64,000 bases of DNA from Macrostomum lignano (Eukaryota): assembly GCA_002269645.1 (NCBI GenBank), contig NIVC01001952.1, positions 124,001 to 188,000 on the forward strand, given 5' to 3'. The position numbers were made by a program, and so were the translations under genes. This document shows, one piece after another, positions 38,531-50,045 of this stretch. Numbering within the stretch: position 1 is the first letter of the stretch; each line of letters opens with the position of its first letter. The notes under the pieces were generated by a model. It made no database searches and had not been told where the DNA came from. It saw nothing but the letters and a program-made list of their open reading frames with translations.

Positions 38531-40831
38531 GTCTTAGCCCAGCCTAGCTTCTTACCGACCATCTCTCTTACATTATTGCATCCCCTAGCTTCAAATTCCC
38601 ATAGCAACCTCTCTATAGCGCCTCGATTTGTTTTTTGCAGTTACAGGGTAGTAAAAGTACATTCATCTTAAGCACTACATTTACATTTTTTAAAGTTCAA
38701 CGACGGCACGGCTGGATGCTGTAAACAAACATTCCGGCCAATCGTCAAAGCTGTCAACCCCGGACCTTCTTCTGTTGCCGCTGATTTTCAAAGCGGTCGG
38801 AAGGCTTTGATTTGCAGTGCAGATCAATAAATTTGGCATTGAAAGGCGCAGTCGGAGAAAGAAACGAAGCAGTAACTATATATATATTGATGGCAGCCAC
38901 AAAGAGTATTCTAGTAAATGACGCCAGGGAATTCAAATTAATCTTATCTAAGGGCGGAGCCGGCCGGGTTTCTCAGTTCGGCGCTGGCGCTGCACTTTTG
39001 GCTCGTAGCTGCCCAGCGCATTGCGGATGCGCTCGAAATTGAGGGAGAAGATTAAGTTTTTTTCTCTAGAGTGGACACCGCCAAGACGGCTGTGGCGTCT
39101 CCGCTAACATCATGTAACTCTTTTCTCCCATTCTTTTTAATCGATTTCATTTCGAGCTTCGGGGGGGGTATTTCCTGCTCTAATTCCCTTCTCTAGCACA
39201 TTTAAATCGGGCAGATAGTCGAACCCGATCTAGCAGTCAGATATGGACACAAATAAATATGTAATATAAAGAGAAGCGGGTAACAGGGGCGGAGAAAAGT
39301 TTTAGAGAAAATGGGAGAGAAGTCACAAAGGGGGTAAGAAAGGAAGAGGAGACGGAGATGGAGAGGGAAGGGAGAAAGGATATGGGAGTTGGATTTGGGA
39401 AGAGGGAGATGAGTAGTGAGTAGGCGGAGTGGGAGATGGGGGGGCGGAGTAGGAGATGAGCAGGCAGAGAGGGAGAAGGGGCGGAGAGGGAGAGGAGTAG
39501 GCTGAGAGGGAGATGGGGGCGGAGAGGGAGAGGAGTAGGCTGAGAGGGAGATGGGGGCGGAGAGGGAGATTGTCAGAGCGGGAGCAAGTGGAGGGGAGAG
39601 GGGAGTGGAAGAGGGAGAAAAGGAAGCAGGAGGCGAGAGGGAAGACGATAGAGAAAAAGAAATAAGACAGTTTGATCAAACAAGGAAAATAAGTGGGGCA
39701 AGGCAGAGAATCGGTGTGTTCACGCATCTCGAGACCTCATAGAGAAGCGATCGAATATTGCCTAACGAGAAAGATTCGAGACTGACATTGGCTGCTCTGA
39801 GCTCTGAGCTCTGAGCTCACAGAGTAGGGAGGGAGCTAGCAAGCAAGGCAGTTCATTTGAGAATGCTGCTGTAATTAAAGCAATTCAAACAGGATAGAAA
39901 AACTTGGCAGAAATATTTGGAAAGGAAACTGTGGCTCCCTCTTTCTCGATGTGCACTTGGAATTGATTGAATGTCAGGAGGCGGGGAGGGGCGAAGACTG
40001 CTCAAGTTTGACAAGCCAAGAGATGAGAACTGGGCCGCGGCGTTGAGTTGAGCTAATATTTGCAGCTCTGCTCTCAGCCGCCCTGGATGCAGAGCTGTCG
40101 GCCAAATCGATGGCTTCCCCCCGGGGTCCTGATGGAACCTTTTCTGCCCAAGTTTTCTTTGCTGCTGGCGGCCTCTGTTTTCTTCTTTGACTCAGTCCCG
40201 ATGCCCGGATCCAGTTGGATGCAAGCGGCTCTCCTCGAGGGAGCCTGACGGAGTCCGGCAAGCCAGGCCAGCCAATTTACAATTCAGCAGGAATTCCAGG
40301 CCCCGTGGCGCAGCCAGATTCCTCGCCTGCCGCACAGCTGTCTTCTTCTAGGAGACAGAAATGAAACCGCTTGCTTGGGCTTCCGGGAAACTGCATGGGC
40401 TCCCAGATGTGTATAATTTTCTGCCGTAAAACTACGAAAGATTCGAAAGAAAAAGTTTTGCTGCTAGAAGAAACTCACGTAGGAACCTGTGCAGGTTGAA
40501 GTTTGGTTTCCTTACAAATTGACGGCTTCAGTGGTTATTTTCCGGCGAGCTTCTTCCAATTTCCGTCTGTTTGGAATGTATATATGCAGTCGGGAAATTG
40601 CTGGCTTTGCCAATCCCCGCTGGCCTGCCGCAGCCACGGCACTTTCGGCCGAGCCAATGACCGTTCATCAGGTCCGTCTCTGCTGGGGAAGATCTTCAGT
40701 TTTATGACAAACTACTGTAAGTAGTTTATGCGAGTAAAGCAAGCTAATTTGATGCTATCACAGAATGAACTATTACTGTCACTAGATATTCAGCTAAATT
40801 TAATCCTCGTGTGCTTTTCTACTACTAGTAG

Positions 40832-41093
40832 ATTACACCTGCCCTAATGGACAGATGTGCTATTGCGCGGCGCATCTGAAGGCTGCGTACGGCTGTTCAG
40901 TACAAGGACTGGGGGGTCGCCACACCCTCAGTTACCCCAGCTAATGCTGGCACCCATTTTACAGCTGGGTGAACTGAAGCAATGCAGAATTAAGTGTCTT
41001 GCTCAAGGACACAAATTGTTCCTAGTGGGTGGAGAATCGAACCCCCAACCTTCACGTCGTGAGTCCGACGCTCTAAACCACTAGGCTACCACC
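40832..41093 (-). mobile_element. tRNA-derived SINE with CORE-like central domain, copy 2
   Basis: Same body as 35004-35279 (plus strand ATTACACCTGCCCTAATG...CTCAGTTACCCCAGCTAATGCTGGCACCCATTTTACAGCTGGGTGAACTGAAGCAATGCAG...AAGTGTCTTGCTCAAGGACAC...GAATCGAACCC), with an AGT-type tail. Confidence 0.85.
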
Positions 41094-41823
41094 CCTTTAA
41101 TTGAATTCCTACATTTAGCCTTGAATATAGGCAGAAATTGCCTTAAAAGCAGCCGATCGAGAAAATATTGCCTTAATGACCTTCATTTGTCTATGTGCAA
41201 AGCTTAGTTCTGAGCTTGACAAAAGTTAAGCAAGTGGAAATTCCATTAAAAATCATCACCAAGTGTATAGAAATGAAGTTCTGCGGCCAGAATATTTGCT
41301 TTGAAATTCTCCACTTGATTGTCTTCTAACCAGAGAGCATACTTGGCGACCATAGACAAATGAAATTATACTCGAGTAATTTGAGCTATATTCATGGATG
41401 AAGAAGTAGATCTATTCCTTCATGCATGGCTATATTTTTGACAATCCAAATCCAAATCAAGTACTTCCATAGATATCTATTGCACTCTGTCCGTATAATA
41501 ACTGAGTGATAAACAAACCGATAAAACCATCAAAATTTCAAGCTATTTTTGTCTCCAAAGACAACTCGTTTCTTTTTACCTTACTTACGCACTCGTATAC
41601 CTGAATTGCTAAACTGGTCCTGAATTCTTCATTAGCTCTCTGCACGCAAGAATCCTTTCCAATTGATGAAGGCTAAGGCGTGCAACTGCTAAAGCTGCCT
41701 GCATAAATGTGAGTTGCAAAGCCTTGCTGCCGTTGTACCGAAAAGCTCTAGGCTTCTTGATTCTGGTAATGAGTTAGAAGCTTGTGAGTTGCAGCAGCCT
41801 AGCTGTTGATTCAAATTTAGTGA

Positions 41824-41829
41824 TATAAA
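41824..41829 (+). promoter_or_regulatory. Candidate TATA box of the knottin gene
   Basis: TATAAA 55 nt upstream of ATG 41884. Motif and position only. Confidence 0.4.
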
Positions 41830-41883
41830 TCACTTGATTGCTCAATTCTCCATAGCTCGTAATTACTACTTGTTTTCATAATC

Positions 41884-44272
41884 ATGTACGTATGCACATT
41901 TCAGTGTACTCATCCACTTCAGTCAGTGTACTCATCCACTTCAGACAGTGTACTCATCCAGTCAGTGTACTCATCCACTTCAGTCAGTGTACTCATCCAC
42001 TTCAGTCAGTGTACTCATCCACTTCAGACAGTGTACTCATCCACTTCAGACAGTGTACTCATCCACTTCAGTCAGTGTACTCATCCAGTCAGTGTACTCA
42101 TCCACTTCAGTCAGTGTACTCATCCACTTCAGTCAGTGTACTCATCCACTTCAGTCAGTGTATTCATCCAGTCAGTGTACTCATCCACTTCAGTCAGTGT
42201 ACTCATCCACTTCAGTCAGTCTACTCATCCACTTCAGTCAGGGTACTCATCCACTTCAGTCAGTGTACTCATCCACTCCAGTCAGTGTACTCATCCACTT
42301 CAGTCAGTGTACTCATCCACTTCAGTCAGTGTACTCATCCACTTCAGTCAGTGTACTCATCCACTTCAGTCAGTGTACTCATCCACTTCAGTCAGTGTAC
42401 TCATCCACTTCAGTCAGTGTACTCATCCAGTCAGTGTACTCATCCACTTCAGTCAGTGTACTCATCCACTTCAGTCAGTGTACTCATCCACTTCAGCCAG
42501 TGTACTCATCCACTTCAGTCAGTGTACTCATCCACTTCAGTCAGTGTACTCATCCACTTCAGTCAGTGTACTCATCCACTTCAGTCAGTGTACTCATCCA
42601 GTCAGTGTACTCATCCACTTCAGTCAGTGTACTCATCCACTTCAGTCAGTGTACTCATCCACTTCAGCCAGTGTACTCATCCACTTCAGTCAGTGTACTC
42701 ATCCACTTCAGTCAGTGTACTCATCCACTTCAGTCAGTGTACTCATCCACTTCAGTCAGTGTACTCATCCACTTCAGTCAGTGTACTCATCCACTTCAGA
42801 CAGTGTACTCATCCAGTCAGTGTACTCATCCAGTCAGTGTACTCATCCACTTCAGTCAGTGTACTCATCCAGTCAGTGTACTCATCTACTTCAGACAGTG
42901 TACTCATCCACTTCAGACAGTGTACTTATCCACTTCAGTCAGTGTACTCATCCACTTCAGTCAGTGTACTCATCCAGTCAGTGTACTCATCCACTTCAGA
43001 CAGTGTACTCATCCACTTCAGTCAGTGTACTCATCCACTTCAGACAATGTACTCATCCACTTCAGTCAGTGTACTCATCCACTTCAGTCAGTGTACTCAT
43101 CCAGTCAGTGTACTCATCCACTTCAGACAGTGTACTCATCCACTTCAGTCAGTGTACTCATCCACTTCAGACAATGTACTCATCCAGTCAGTGTACTCAT
43201 CCACTTCAGTCAGTGTACTCATCCACTTCAGACAGTGTACTCATCCAGTCAGTGTACTCATCCAGTCAGTGTACTCATCCACTTCAGACAGTGTACTCAT
43301 CCACTTCAGACAGTGTACTCATCCACTTCAGTCAGTGTACTCATCCACTTCAGACAATGTACTCATCCACTTCAGTCAGTGTACTCATCCAGTCAGTGTA
43401 CTCATCCACTTCAGACAGTGTACTCATCCACTTCAGTCAGTGTACTCATCCAGTCAGTGTACTCATCCACTTCAGACAATGTACTCATCCACTTCAGTCA
43501 GTGTACTCATCCACTTCAGTCAGTGTACTCATCCAGTCAGTGTACTCATCCACTTCAGACAGTGTACTCATCCACTTCAGACAGTGTACTCATCCAGTCA
43601 GTGTACTCATCCACTTCAGACAGTGTACTCATCCACTTCAGACAGTGTACTCATCCACTTCAGTCAGTGTACTCATCCACTTCAGACAATGTACTCATCC
43701 ACTTCAGTCAGTGTACTCATCCACTTCAGTCAGTGTACTCATCCAGTCAGTGTACTCATCCACTTCAGACAGTGTACTCATCCACTTCAGTCAGTGTACT
43801 CATCCACTTCAGACAATGTACTCATCCACTTCAGTCAGTGTACTCATCCACTTCAGTCAGTGTACTCATCCAGTCAGTGTACTCATCCACTTCAGACAGT
43901 GTACTCATCCACTTCAGACAGTGTACTCATCCAGTCAGTGTACTCATCCACTTCAGACAGTGTACTCATCCACTTCAGACAGTGTACTCATCCAGTCAGT
44001 GTACTCATCCACTTCAGACAGTGTACTCATCCACTTCAGACAGTGTACTCCACTCCACTTCAACTTGGCTGGCAATGCAGCTTCTGACAGTTATTTTAAC
44101 AGCTGTCAGTCTGCTCAACACCGGAGACACCTGCAGTTTGAAGGCGAAGTCCTGCCAGACTGTTGACACGGCGTGCTACTTTGATCACGAATGCTGCCCC
44201 GGTCTGGTCTGCGACTGGCCAAAACTATTTGGCCGGTACATTGGGAACTGCATAATTAATAAGGAGCTTTAA
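41884..44272 (+). CDS. Secreted inhibitor-cystine-knot (knottin)-like peptide, 65 aa; preferred model join(41884..41889,44081..44272); alternative single-exon model 44075..44272
   Basis: M(Y/Q)LLTVILTAVSLLNTGDTC forms a signal-like N-terminus, followed by SLKAKS-C-x6-C-x5-CC-x4-C-x12-C-IINKEL*. ATG TAC|GTATGC is a phase-0 donor and ATGCAG|CTT a phase-0 acceptor. AATAAA at 44331-44336. Confidence 0.8.
41900..44050. repeat. Satellite of mixed 22-bp (CAGTCAGTGTACTCATCCACTT) and 17-bp units, 2.15 kb; putative intron of the knottin gene
   Basis: Direct reading. The CAGCCAG variant recurs at 42494 and 42665 (171 = 7x22+17), indicating a block duplication. Confidence 0.98.
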
Positions 44273-45362
44273 ATTAAAGAGCTGGGTTTGTTCAATGCAG
44301 TTTACCCAGCTGTTTGTGAATAATTAATACAATAAAACTATTCAATTCGTACATAATTTTGTTCATGAATACGTCAATACATACAGACTTGCACGATGTT
44401 TTGTTAAGCTACTATTGAAATTGAATTGAAAATGCTAATCGAACCCCTTGGTTGTAGGTAGGTACAGATACTAGAATAACTAGATGGGTTTGCGTGCAAA
44501 CTACTTTCAGTTCAGTAGTAAGTTAAACAGTAGCATTTTGGTGTATTTTTAAAGCCAAGGCTCATTTATTGTTTCTAACCCCCTCCCCCCAGCTTAAATC
44601 CTCCAACCGCGCCTTTCCACACTACCCCCCCGCCACGCCCTAATTTTTATTGCCTTTCTCGGAATTGCAGCCTAAAACTGCCATGTACATTTCAGTGGAC
44701 TGGCTAATGTACATTATTGCTGAACCAATTAGCTGGTTGTTTACGTCTGCAAGCTTGGGCTTCTAAACTTATCAAAGTCATTTCAGCTGCTTTTTTATAG
44801 AATAGCTTATGTATTCTTCTTTGCTACTGAACTGAAAGTAGAAAGCTGTTTACTAAGTATACATGCCTGAGTGGCCCATCCAGTTATTTTAGTATCTGTG
44901 GTTGTAGCTGAATAGTAAAGAAAACATTGACAGGAACTTTCCTCCCATTTCAATGATAAAAAATAACAAAATGCGAGCTAGAAAAGTACATTAATGTTTT
45001 TGTGACTGGCGTTAACTCTCAAACTAACTTGGCCAACCAACCCACTCTAATCAGAATCAAACTGATAAATATACGCGCGACGTTTTTCTATCCCTCCTCT
45101 GCCCCAGCCAATCAGAGCGAAGCAACCACTGAGCAGTTAGACCAAATCTACCCCTAACTTTCTAACCCCTTGGGGATGTTGTGTACATGCAGAATTAACA
45201 AAGCCCCAGTCCAATCCTACTATTAGCTAAAATCTCTCTCTCTCTCCCTCTCTCATTTTCGGCAGAATTCAAAAGAAAAGTTTGGCTAAGCCACCGTGCC
45301 AAATAAACAGAGTCTTGCACGCAATTACGCTGCTAGACATTTGAATGAAAATTTGCCCAGAA

Positions 45363-46688
45363 ATGGCAGTCGCCTTACCTCAGTTGTCATGCCACCACCT
45401 ACTGATGCTGGCCCTGTATCTTGCTGCAGCGGCCACTGCCGACACCGACTTCTCTTTCTGGCAGTCGGCCTCCGACCTGTCGGACAGCGCCAAGTCCCGC
45501 CTGCCGTTCAACTTCGACAACTTCGACTGGGGCCAGCGTCAGCAGTCGTCGGCAGTCGGCTCGGGTTTCCCGGCCACATTCTCCAGCGTGGTGCAGTCGT
45601 CCAAGTCCGAGAGCAGGGAGAGCCGTACCGAGGACACCCTGCAGCACGTGCGCAAATCGGCCAAGAGCGTCGAGTGGAACCGCGGCTTCCAGGACAACGG
45701 TCGGGGCGGCGTGAAGCAGCTGGACTCGGTTGCTAGGCAAGAAAAAATCGCCGAGCGCAGCGCCAAGGAGCTCAAAGCCAGCGAGTCGGGCGAGAGCTCC
45801 CAGCGAAACCAGAAGCTGACTCAGGTGAACGGCCGCACGGTGGTCAGCGCCGACTCTGGCAAGCAGAGCAGCTTCAGCAACAGCGGCCACGCGGCTAACA
45901 AAACGGAATTCTCTAGCGAGTCCAATTCAGTTGACAACCGGCTGGCGAAGGCTTTCCTGCCGCTGCCGCCGCCGCGCGTGCCGCATCTGCCGCCGCATCC
46001 GCCGCACCCGAGGCCGGGGTTTCCGCCTTGCAGCTCGCACAGCAGAGTCAACCTGTTCCTGCTCGTGCACACCTCGTCGGATTTCGGCGGCCTAAGCCGA
46101 CTGCTCAACTTCTTGGACAGCCTTGTTGATCGGTTTTCGCCGGCTCGAGTAATCGTCATTTTCTTTAACCGTCGAGTGCTGGACGTTGTTGACGAAGCGG
46201 AGGCTGCAGCGGTGGCTTCGCGGTCTCGCAGTCTAGCGGCGTTCCGACAGCGTCTGGCCGCTACGGTGCGCGGCCTTCGTGGACATCTGGCCGACGAGTG
46301 CAACCTGCCTGAGGCTACCGCCGCCGCCGAACGGCTCCGGCACCAACTGCGTCTTGAGTCGCCTTGCTCGCTGGTTGTCATGACGCCGGCTGGCCCAGGC
46401 ATCCGCGTGGACGACCGCGCCCTTGCTGAGGCCGGCCAAGCCGCTGAAGTGGCCAGGCGGGTCTTCGACCAGCTGACAGTCGTGGTGGGAGAGATTCGCC
46501 AGTTGGAGTCGCGCGCCGAGCGAATGCTCCGCCTGTTCTCGTCCCTCCTCTCGCTGGAGTTCGGCGGCGACGCTGCCGGCGGTGGACGAGCCGACAGTGC
46601 TGCAGTTTTTGACGCGCTTGGACGCCGCCTCTGTGGCGTCGCTGACGGTGACGGACGCTCCACGGATCGTTGGCCTGGACATCACTAG
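45363..46688 (+). CDS. Secreted protein with Ser/Gln/Lys-rich N-terminal region, Pro-rich linker and a C-terminal VWA-like domain (441 aa from ATG 45363)
   Basis: Hydrophobic leader HLLMLALYLAAAATA-D; LPLPPPRVPHLPPHPPHPRPGFPP linker. C...VNLFLLVHTSSDFG, RVIVIFFN, SLVVMTPA, LTVVVG and terminal ALGRRLC follow the beta/alpha order and flanking Cys of VWA folds. AATAAA at 46875-46880. Domain call by pattern recognition, not HMM. Confidence 0.75.
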   Translation: MAVALPQLSCHHLLMLALYLAAAATADTDFSFWQSASDLSDSAKSRLPFNFDNFDWGQRQQSSAVGSGFPATFSSVVQSSKSESRESRTEDTLQHVRKSAKSVEWNRGFQDNGRGGVKQLDSVARQEKIAERSAKELKASESGESSQRNQKLTQVNGRTVVSADSGKQSSFSNSGHAANKTEFSSESNSVDNRLAKAFLPLPPPRVPHLPPHPPHPRPGFPPCSSHSRVNLFLLVHTSSDFGGLSRLLNFLDSLVDRFSPARVIVIFFNRRVLDVVDEAEAAAVASRSRSLAAFRQRLAATVRGLRGHLADECNLPEATAAAERLRHQLRLESPCSLVVMTPAGPGIRVDDRALAEAGQAAEVARRVFDQLTVVVGEIRQLESRAERMLRLFSSLLSLEFGGDAAGGGRADSAAVFDALGRRLCGVADGDGRSTDRWPGHH

Positions 46689-47699
46689 CTTTTTCGAGTT
46701 AGTTACGAGTTGGTTCCGAGTTAGTTACAAGTTAGTTACAAGTTAGTTACAATTGAACTTGAGAGCTTCTTCTTAAATTTAATCCAAGTTTATTATTAGT
46801 CACGTAATTTTAAAGTAAAATTGATTCACAAAAATTTGCTTGGTTTCTATACTGAATATATTTAATTTGGCATAAATAAAAGTTTATATAATAACCACGC
46901 ATGAGAAGTTCAAAGAACTCGTGCTCTAACTAAGCTACTTATAAGTAGCAACAAAGACATTTTTTAAAATACCGACTAAATTTTTTCAAAAATATTTAAT
47001 TGACTGAAAAATTTAAATATATTATCGCTATTTTATCTTACGTTATACATTTTTGGCATGCTCGTAGTTTGAAATTGTTTTTACGTCCTTGTCTGCAACA
47101 GCAGTCTTGTTTAAAACTCGTGGAACTGTTTTCCATTAACGCCCCCGTAGATTAGCGCCCACATGGATTGACACCCTTATAACTTTTCTAAACAGGGCGG
47201 AAGTGACCTCCTCCCACGGATTTTTCAGAAACTGGAAATTATTTATCAATTTGCTTGCTTTTGACAGAAAAGCAATCACTGTTTCAGACTTAGCGAAATC
47301 ATCAAAAAATTAAGAAATTATTTGTTGATTTAATCAAATCGGCCACGGATTTAACATAGCAAAGTGGGTCTGGTCGGCTTCGAAATCGAAAATTTTCTGA
47401 AAACGGAAAAAATAATTAAGCTAAATCTTTTGAGGGACTTTGAAGAGGGCATTTTACGGGGAGTTCTAAAGTCCAACTTCTTTTTGATAAAAAGTTAATA
47501 TGCTTGAGATCGCTTTTGTAGGCAACTTTGACTTAATTACTTTTTTGCAGTAGGTTTTGAACTCTACAGAGACTTGTGACATTCACAAGATTCCCAAAAA
47601 ACGGAATCAGTCCTAGATAATTCAAATTCCAATATTGAATTAGTGATTTTATTTAAAAAAATTGTCGTAATCGAGCAAAGGTTGAGCGGAATTTCTATG

Positions 47700-47870
47700 G
47701 CAGAGACGGGGTTGTCTAGTTTAGAGTAAAGAGACTGGGTGCTCTGGAATGTCTATGGTAGAGACTGGATGTTTTAGTTAAGCGGAATGTCTATGGTAGA
47801 GACTAGGTGCTCTTGAATGTCTATGGGAGAGACTGGTTGCTCTGGAATGTCTATGGCAGAGACTGGGTGT
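47700..47870. repeat. Short degenerate ~30-bp tandem repeat GAGACTGGGTGCTCTGGAATGTCTATGGTA
   Basis: About 5 imperfect copies. Confidence 0.7.
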
Positions 47871-47933
47871 TGGTGACTCGCTCAGCGTCAATAGCGCTCG
47901 TGTGCCGCATTAACTTGATGTTCGAGCGAGTCT

Positions 47934-48918
47934 GTCAGCTGTAATAATAATAATAATAATAATAATAGTTACGCCCCACGCCAGCCACGGGAGTGGCCAA
48001 GAGAGGGAGCGTCAAATCGCGCGTTTCAGAGCCAGGTCTCTAACGTGCTTCACACCGGCCGCCTGGCTGGGTGCTCGCGCATCTTCAAAAAGGCGGTCGA
48101 CGTAGCGGGCTGATCGTCCCTGGCCACGCCTGCACGGTCCCTACGGGGTCCACAGCAGGACGTCCTGCAGCGGCTCTGGGCAGTAAGCTTCGGCCCGGAT
48201 GACATGTCCGGCCAGCCGCAGTCGCCGCTGACTCAGCAGGGCAGAAGGCCGCGTCAGGCCTGTGCGCTTGTACAGGGACTCGGTTGTCTCGCTGCCAGGG
48301 CCGCGGCGGGCGCCGAAAGCGGCGCGGACTAGGGCCGCATGCGCCGCGTCGAGCTGCACCTCAAGCGCCCCGGTCAGCGTCCAGGTCTCAGCATTGTACA
48401 GCAGGGCGGTCTCAACAACCGCCTGGAACAGCTGGGACCTGGCGCCGTCGGACAGGGCCTCGGAGAGCAGCACCGCCCGCACAGATCGGAAGGCAGCCCA
48501 GGCCTTGCCGCGCCGTCTCGCTAGGTCGTCGCTGACGTCAGGTACCAGTCCGCCGAGGTAGACGAACTGAAGGCACTTCGGGAGCGCCGTCCCGGGGCCG
48601 TCGCCGTCTCGAAGTCGAATCTCGGCGGGTAGATCATGCGGCAGCGTCAGCACCTCGGTTTTCCTGGCGTTGATGACGAGACTTGGCTTGACTGGTGGAT
48701 GCACGCCTCCTCGATGATGCGGCGGAGGGCCAGGATCTGCGTCACCGTACCGCGACGGGGGCGGAACCCGTTCTGCTCGTACCGCAGGAACGAGTCCAGC
48801 ACGGGCTGTAACCGTGCTAATAGCACCCGGTTGAACAGTTTCGCGGTACAGGACATGAGCGAGATTCCACGATGCTCCTCCTTCCATGTAGTGCCCGGCT
48901 TCTTCACAGTCAGCTGTA
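47934..48918 (-). mobile_element. 5'-truncated, internally deleted RTE-type non-LTR retrotransposon with (ATT)n tail and 10-bp TSD
   Basis: Minus-strand RT N-terminal motifs RGISLMSCTAKLFNRVLLARLQPVLD..LRYEQNGFRPRRGTVTQILALRRIIEE, then in another frame LVINARKTEV...FVYLGG...FQAVVETALLYNAETWTLT...RRLRLAGHVIR...VLLWTP. There is an in-frame TAG at 48141-48143, after which the frame continues to a stop near 48015. (TAA)n on plus at 47942-47966; GTCAGCTGTA at 47934-47943 and 48909-48918. Confidence 0.9.
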
Positions 48919-49184
48919 CAAGTAGGAGTTGCAAGTGAAATAAATAATGAGCGCTGATATTTTCTTGGAATGAATGCCCTTCTATTGGGAATTTCTCACT
49001 GACTCAAAACCCTCGGGGGCGATTCTATCGAGGCACCTTTGCCATTCACCAGGCCAGGTTGTGAATTCGTGCGTGATGATTGTCCAAATATCAAAAAACG
49101 AACGAATTATCAAAGGTACCAGTAGTTCTTTATCAGTATTCAGCAAAATTTCTTAGTTACGAACTTGTGTCAGTTACTAAGAAC

Positions 49185-50045
49185 AGCAGTGTCAGTCCGT
49201 CAGGAGCGCCACTTTAAGTGTCAGTGTCAGTCAGGAGAGCCACTTTGATTGCCAGTGTCAGTCAGGAGAGCCACTTTGAGTGTCAGTCCGTCAGGAGCGC
49301 CACTTACTTTGAGTGTCAGTCCGTCAGGAGCGCCACTTACTTTGAGTGTCAGTGTCAGTCAGGAGAGCCACTTTGATTGTCAGTGTCAGTCAGGAGCGCC
49401 ACTTACTTTGATTGTCAGTCCGTCAGGAGCGCCACTTACTTTGATTGTCAGTGTCAGTCAGGAGAGCCACTTTGATTGTCAGTGTCAGTCAGGAGCGCCA
49501 CTTACTTTGATTGTCAGTGTCAGTCAGGAGCGCCACTTACTTTGATTGTCAGTCCGTCAGGAGCGCCACTTACTTTGATTGTCAGTGTCAGTCAGGAGAG
49601 CCACTTTGATTGTCAGTGTCAGTCAGGAGCGCCACTTACTTTGATTGTCAGTGTCAGTCAGGAGCGCCACTTTGATTGTCAGTGTCAGTCAGGAGCGCCA
49701 CTTACTTTGATTGTCAGTCCGTCAGGAGCGCCACTTACTTTGATTGTCAGTGTCAGTCAGGAGAGCCACTTTGATTGTCAGTGTCAGTCAGGAGCGCCAC
49801 TTACTTTGATTGTCAGTGTCAGTCAGGAGCGCCACTTACTTTGATTGTCAGTGTCAGTCAGGAGCGCCACTTTGATTGTCAGTGTCAGTCAGGAGCGCCA
49901 CTTACTTTGATTGTCAGTGTCAGTCAGGAGCGCCACTTTGATTGTCAGTGTCAGTCAGGAGCGCCACTTACTTTTGAGTGTCAGTGTCAGTCAGGAGCGC
50001 CACGCCACTTACTTTGAGTGTCAGTGTCAGTCAGGGGTGCCATTT
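49185..50045. repeat. ~31/35-bp minisatellite GTCAGTGTCAGTCAGGAGCGCCACTT(ACTT)TGATT
   Basis: Tandem copies of two lengths plus GTCAGTCC variants. Confidence 0.96.

Noticed and set aside
32912-38671. Periodic ORFs (PRPHPV, GLGTGW, CTLRTH, PFQFQVTPC, etc.) resembling mucins or structural proteins
   Set aside because: Each maps exactly onto a tandem array lying in an intron or upstream of the channel gene; all frames give equally periodic peptides.
41884-44272. Three 730-775-aa ORFs (SVLIHFSQCTHPLQ repeats), one fused in frame to the knottin
   Set aside because: The repeat units have no plus-strand stop in any frame, so all three frames are open trivially. Only the terminal 63 codons are non-repetitive.
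45399-46685. Antisense and alternative-frame ORFs over the GC-rich exons (here and at 5.2-6.9, 27.3-28.8, 31.0-31.5 and 52.8-54.1 kb)
   Set aside because: Expected shadows of GC-rich coding sequence, which has few stops in other frames.
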